The notes under the pieces were generated by a model. That model was not told the origin of the DNA. It was given only the letters and a program-made list of their open reading frames with translations, and made no database searches. Shown here piece by piece: positions 56,457 through 60,524 of a stretch of DNA of 60,524 nt. Every line of letters starts with the position of its first letter. Within the stretch, counting starts at the first letter, position 1. The stretch is from a virus (taxonomy: Duplodnaviria; Caudoviricetes), in the IMG/VR virus record IMGVR_UViG_3300032156_000008, positions 1-60,524 of that record, one strand, 5' to 3'. The position numbers and the translations under genes are program-made.

Positions 56457-57398
56457 CTAGAGTGCGCTCAGCGCGCGGATGTTCGCGGCGGAGCTGGTGG
56501 TCGTGACGCTCTCCATGGCCCGCCCGACGATGCGGAGGTGCGGGTGAATGAGGTGCAGCCAGATGCGGCCGCCGCACGCCGAGGAGCTACCCGGCGTGTA
56601 GACGATGGTGCGCCCGAGGGCGTTCGTCGTCCCCGCCCCGACCACGTAGCCGGGATAGAGGAGGAACTTCCCATACTTGGACGAGCCGCCATTATCCTCG
56701 CCCCCCATCAGGAGGTCGCCGATGGTCTCGGCCCCCGAGGTCGTGCCGAACTGGTTCGCCGCGACCGGGGTGGTGGCGTTGATGGAGATCCCGTCGAGGA
56801 TTCCGTCGACGTCGCCTCCCTCAGTGGTGTTGTCGAACCCCACGTCGATGGTCGTCGCGAGCGCGGTCGTGCCCTCGATGTATGAGTGGTGCCCGACCAT
56901 GCAGTCGACCGGCACGATAGTGGGTGTCTTGACGATCGCCGACGCCGTGGCGTAGGGGATCGAGAGGAAGATTCCACCCGGTGCCGGCTGGACCGGGCCG
57001 ATGACCTGCCCGTAGAACCAGTTCGCGAGGAGGTCGCCCTCCTTGACCGTCCGGTAGGTGGCGAGGCTGGCGTAGACACCGAACCCACCGCCCGCGTAGA
57101 TCCTCGTCTCCGCGGTGCTGGCGTATGCCGTCGCCACTGTGGCGGGGCGGAAGTTGGTGTCGACGTCGTCGTAGCCGATCCACCCGAGAGGCATCTGCGT
57201 CGGGAGGTGCGCCACGTATACGTCGTTGTCGCTGTAGCCGGTGCCGCTGCCGAGGCGTGAGCCAGAGGCCGCGAGCCGGCCGGGGAGGAACTCCGCGATG
57301 TTCGTGACCTCGGCGACGTTCCTCGGAAACGCCAGAGGTGGGTTCCCGTACCAGAGGATCTTGTTAATCAGCGGGTCGGGGAATCTTGATCCTGCCAT
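56457..57398 (-). CDS. Capsid decoration/cement protein
   Basis: Between scaffold and MCP; PG.L, LGW.GY, IVGRAME. Confidence 0.6.
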   Translation of the reverse strand: MAGSRFPDPLINKILWYGNPPLAFPRNVAEVTNIAEFLPGRLAASGSRLGSGTGYSDNDVYVAHLPTQMPLGWIGYDDVDTNFRPATVATAYASTAETRIYAGGGFGVYASLATYRTVKEGDLLANWFYGQVIGPVQPAPGGIFLSIPYATASAIVKTPTIVPVDCMVGHHSYIEGTTALATTIDVGFDNTTEGGDVDGILDGISINATTPVAANQFGTTSGAETIGDLLMGGEDNGGSSKYGKFLLYPGYVVGAGTTNALGRTIVYTPGSSSACGGRIWLHLIHPHLRIVGRAMESVTTTSSAANIRALSAL

Positions 57399-57400
57399 GC

Positions 57401-60082
57401 TTAGGCCTCCTTGCGGTAGGGCTCGAACGGCACCCAGTCGCGCTTGCCGGTCGCCGTGTTGAAGACGGCGCGTCCGACCGTGCTCTCTCCGGCCCTCGCG
57501 GGCTCGTCGGAGAGGCGAGCGCCGAGCTGGGCCGCTCTCGCCTTGATGGACTTCTCCGTGAGTGGACCCTCTCCGACGGCCGAGCCGCCGGGGACGTGCT
57601 CCAGACCGGTGAGGTCCGTCTCCCCGCCGCTGCCGGCGAGGGTGTTCGCTCTCGACTTCATGTAGCCGACGGGGTCGGCCTTGAACTCAGCGTAGAGCTG
57701 GTCTCCGGCCTTTAGGACCCCCGGCTTCAGGAGGTTCATGAAGTCTCTCTTCGTCGCCGCCTCCTTGATCACGGCGTCCTCGGACATACGCTTCTTGATG
57801 TCCGCGAGCTGCGCCTCCTGCGAGGCGAGCTTCTCCTGAAGGGCCTTCACGAGAGTGTTTGTCTCATCGCCCTTCTTCTGGTCCTCCTCGTCCTGCGCCT
57901 TGGCCGCGGCTATCTCCGCCTCGGAGCACTTGTTCGTCTGTGCTCCGGGGGCCGCGGGCGGAGGAGTCTGGAGTGCGGCGCCTGCCGCCTTCTTCTCTGT
58001 CTCGCCCATGGGTGATTCCTCCTTGGGTACTGTGTTCGTCTGACTGTTCTCGGCGGTCGTGCTGACTCGCCAGTGGCCCATCTCCTTGTGCCACGCGCGC
58101 AGGCCTTCCTCGGGGCTCTTGCCAGAGGCGTATTCCTTGATCCACGAGGCGGCGAGCGGTCTCGAGAGAACCACTCTGGCCGCGGCGGCGATCTTGCCCT
58201 CGCCGTGCTCGCGCAGGGCCTTGTCTACTCCGAGGCGGCCCACCTCCTGCATGGCGTAGATATCACTCTGACTCCTGCCCAGCATCTGCGTGACCGCGGC
58301 GTCGTGGTCCTGCTGGAGGACCTCCTCCGCGTGGGCCTCAGAGGCGATGTGGGGGGTCTCATCGGCGAATTTGGCTATGTCGCCCTGCATCTTCGGGTCG
58401 GCGAGCTGCTTCGTGTATGCGCGAGTGGCGCGGTCCTCCACGCCTCGGAACACATGCCCCTCCATCTCCTTCCGCTTGGCCTCGTAGGTCTCCTTGTCGC
58501 CCCTCTTGTAGGCCTCCTCGGACTCCGTGTAGGCCGCTCTCGCCTTCGCGTCCGAATCCGCCTGACGGGCCTCGAACCCCGCGTCGGACCCGCCTCCACC
58601 AGAGGTGAATCGACCGCTCTCGTCGTGATTCGGGTTGAAGTTCTCCCGCCGCGACAAAGTGTTCTCCTCCCATTGGTTGACGTCGAGCTCAGCGAGGTTG
58701 ACCGGGAACTCAACGAAGTTGTCCTTGTCGAGGGCCACGGTGAGCACGGCCTCATCCGAAGTGAGCCCCAGCTCCTCGCCGTGGAGGAGCCCGATCTTCC
58801 CCTTGCTCTTGGCGACGACCTCCTTGACGGACTCTCTCATCGCCTCGGCCTTCCAGCTCCCCTTCGGCAGCTCGGAGTCGTCCTTTGTCGTCGGGGGGCC
58901 GACGTCAGGGCCGGGCTCGTCGTACTGGTTGATGCCCATCTCGTTAAGGTCGACCGGGACGTCGATGAAGCTGTCCTTGTCGAGGTTTAGCCGCATCACC
59001 GCCGAGCCCTTCTCGCTGAGGGCGTCGTCGACGCTGATGAGCCCCTTGCTCTTCTTCGCGATCTCGCCGAGAGTCTTGCGGTTCTCCCCCGCCTTCCACG
59101 ACTCGCCCTTGGGTCCGCCCCTCGCTCTACCTCCTCCCTTCGAGGCGGCGCCTCCGCCCCCTCCCGAGGTGAATCTGCCACTCTCGTCGTGGTTGGGATT
59201 GAAGTTCTCCCTCGAGCCGCCCTCGACCGTCATGACGAGGTTGCTGAGGGCCGCGACAAAGGCGCTCATCCTGCCCACTGGTTTCTTCTGCTCTTCCGTC
59301 ACATCTTCTCGTCCTCCCATCTGATTCAGGGTGTTCAGCACGACCGCGGACAGATCTCTCTGCTCCGTTCCGCCGTCGGCGTTGCGGGGGAACAGGAGGA
59401 TGTGGTCCGGGTGGACGTCCCCGACCAGTCGCCTCCCGTCCTCCGTCTCGCGATCGGTGAATGCGCTGCTGATCCCGAGGCGCGCGTCGTCGTAGAGGTT
59501 CTGGACCTCGGCGTCGCATATGTCCCCGAGGTCCACTCTCAGCAGGGGCCTGCCGATATTCTTGTCCAGCAGCGCCACCCCGACCGAGTATCCGACGATC
59601 CTCGCCATGAGGTCGTCGGTGCTGATCTTCTTCAGGGTCTCCGCCGCGTTCGTCGCCAGCCCCCCGATGGCCGGGTGCTGGCCCGCGAACACGATCGGCA
59701 CGCCCTGCCCCCACTCCTGATGCGTCGGCTCGAACGCCGACTTGGGGTAGAAGGTCCCTTGGACGCGCCCCTCGTCGTCGGGCAGCCACTGGTCGAGCCC
59801 CTGTAGCACGGTGTTCTTGAACCTCGTGCACCTCGGCCCGACGTTTGTGGTGGCCCCTACTCCTCCGCTCGGGATCTGCATCATCGGAGAGAACCGCGCA
59901 TTCGTCTTCGTGCTCTTCTTGACCCACTTGCCGTCCTTGCCCTTCTTCCACTTCTCCTTGAGCTGGGACCAAGTGATCCTCGAAGCCCTCTCGGGCTTCT
60001 CCCCCGAGTCGATCAGGCCGGCGTATATCCGCTCCGAGTCTGCCCTCATCTCGGCTGGGGCTCCCTCTCCTACATTCGGCAA
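57401..60082 (-). CDS. ChaB + prohead protease (DUF2213-like) + inserted cargo domains + scaffold polyprotein (~893 aa)
   Basis: TTG start after GAGGTGA; ASRITWSQLKEKWKKGKDGKWVK (ChaB); HP, GISSAF, PDHILLF (protease); two RENFNPNHDESGRFTSGGG; C-terminal coiled coil. Confidence 0.7.
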   Translation of the reverse strand: MPNVGEGAPAEMRADSERIYAGLIDSGEKPERASRITWSQLKEKWKKGKDGKWVKKSTKTNARFSPMMQIPSGGVGATTNVGPRCTRFKNTVLQGLDQWLPDDEGRVQGTFYPKSAFEPTHQEWGQGVPIVFAGQHPAIGGLATNAAETLKKISTDDLMARIVGYSVGVALLDKNIGRPLLRVDLGDICDAEVQNLYDDARLGISSAFTDRETEDGRRLVGDVHPDHILLFPRNADGGTEQRDLSAVVLNTLNQMGGREDVTEEQKKPVGRMSAFVAALSNLVMTVEGGSRENFNPNHDESGRFTSGGGGGAASKGGGRARGGPKGESWKAGENRKTLGEIAKKSKGLISVDDALSEKGSAVMRLNLDKDSFIDVPVDLNEMGINQYDEPGPDVGPPTTKDDSELPKGSWKAEAMRESVKEVVAKSKGKIGLLHGEELGLTSDEAVLTVALDKDNFVEFPVNLAELDVNQWEENTLSRRENFNPNHDESGRFTSGGGGSDAGFEARQADSDAKARAAYTESEEAYKRGDKETYEAKRKEMEGHVFRGVEDRATRAYTKQLADPKMQGDIAKFADETPHIASEAHAEEVLQQDHDAAVTQMLGRSQSDIYAMQEVGRLGVDKALREHGEGKIAAAARVVLSRPLAASWIKEYASGKSPEEGLRAWHKEMGHWRVSTTAENSQTNTVPKEESPMGETEKKAAGAALQTPPPAAPGAQTNKCSEAEIAAAKAQDEEDQKKGDETNTLVKALQEKLASQEAQLADIKKRMSEDAVIKEAATKRDFMNLLKPGVLKAGDQLYAEFKADPVGYMKSRANTLAGSGGETDLTGLEHVPGGSAVGEGPLTEKSIKARAAQLGARLSDEPARAGESTVGRAVFNTATGKRDWVPFEPYRKEA

Positions 60083-60381
60083 GTACTCACCTCGCAGAGG
60101 GGTAGGGCCTCCGCCCTCCCGGCGAGCCCGAGGCTCCAGAGGAACATCCACTGGACCTCCTGCCGACTCGCCGCCTCTATAGTCTCCTGCGAGCACTCCT
60201 CTTCCCACTCGGGCGGGACCGTCACAAACATGTTCAGCGGATTGTAGACGGCGAACCACGCCCACGCCCTCTCAGCACGCAGCCTGCGAACCTCATCGAG
60301 GAAATCCTCCACCGCCGCCTCCACGGGACTTGTCGGCGCGGGGAGGGTCGCTCCGAGGGTGGGCGCCGCGGCGGACATCAT
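60070..60381 (-). CDS. Hypothetical protein
   Basis: ATGA-coupled to the fibre gene stop. Confidence 0.55.
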   Translation of the reverse strand: MMSAAAPTLGATLPAPTSPVEAAVEDFLDEVRRLRAERAWAWFAVYNPLNMFVTVPPEWEEECSQETIEAASRQEVQWMFLWSLGLAGRAEALPLCEVSTCRM

Positions 60382-60524
60382 GAGTACTCCGACACGATGA
60401 TGCAGCCGGCGCTCCCGACTCCACCCGTGTAGGCGGTGCCGGACGACATGGCCCCGCCGCCCCCCGCCCCCCTGCCCGCGGCGCCGTTCCCATTGCCCTG
60501 AGCGGTCCTCCCGACCCCCCGCCC
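60378..60524 (-). CDS. 3' end of the junction-spanning fibre gene
   Basis: ...SAGCIIVSEYS-TGA (stop 60378-60380). Confidence 0.8.
   Translation of the reverse strand, partial: GRGVGRTAQGNGNGAAGRGAGGGGAMSSGTAYTGGVGSAGCIIVSEYS
60395..60524. repeat. Terminal direct repeat, right copy
   Basis: Matches 1-131 apart from one C in a homopolymer. Confidence 0.95.

Noticed and set aside
641-60182. Many long plus-strand ORFs
   Set aside because: They overlap motif-bearing minus-strand genes and have low-complexity Arg/Gly/Pro-rich translations expected of antisense frames in GC-rich DNA.
60515-60524. C6 versus C7 as phase variation of the fibre
   Set aside because: It lies in the last bases of the contig, where error is likely; cannot be supported without reads.

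Overview
The window looks like the complete (~60.39 kb, terminally overlapping) genome of a high-GC (roughly 65-70% by eye) tailed dsDNA virus (Caudoviricetes, probably siphovirus-like). Essentially all credible genes are on the minus strand; the plus-strand ORFs look like antisense shadows. Reading right to left: ChaB/prohead protease/scaffold polyprotein, decoration protein, HK97/encapsulin-like major capsid, head-tail and tail genes, holin-like protein plus papain-fold peptidase, recombination and replication genes (RuvC-like, SNF2, PD-(D/E)XK, AAA_24, SSB, primpol, UvrD), a nucleotide-modification operon (QueD, QueE, FolE, DpdL-like/NDT-like/MazG-like fusion, class II RNR, TGT/DpdA-like, variant PurA, UDG-PolA), two DNA methyltransferases, small accessory genes, a repeat- and palindrome-rich non-coding region, terS, terL, portal, a GATase-MuF-JAB-topoisomerase IB fusion, an ADP-ribosyltransferase and a collagen/glycine-rich fibre that spans the junction. 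TATA-like boxes, GAGGTGA ribosome-binding sites, an RHH-type small protein and the lack of a peptidoglycan hydrolase suggest an archaeal host (inference). Two candidate undescribed systems stand out. (1) A QueC-less 7-deazapurine operon containing a PurA whose purine-N7-contacting Gln is replaced by His, suggesting a new modified DNA base. (2) A recurring (F/Y)NPxx(H/R)DExG(R/K)(F/W)xxGG peptide that precedes five cargo domains in three head-associated proteins, suggesting a tag-based capsid loading or processing system. All annotations come from motif recognition by eye; no searches were run.
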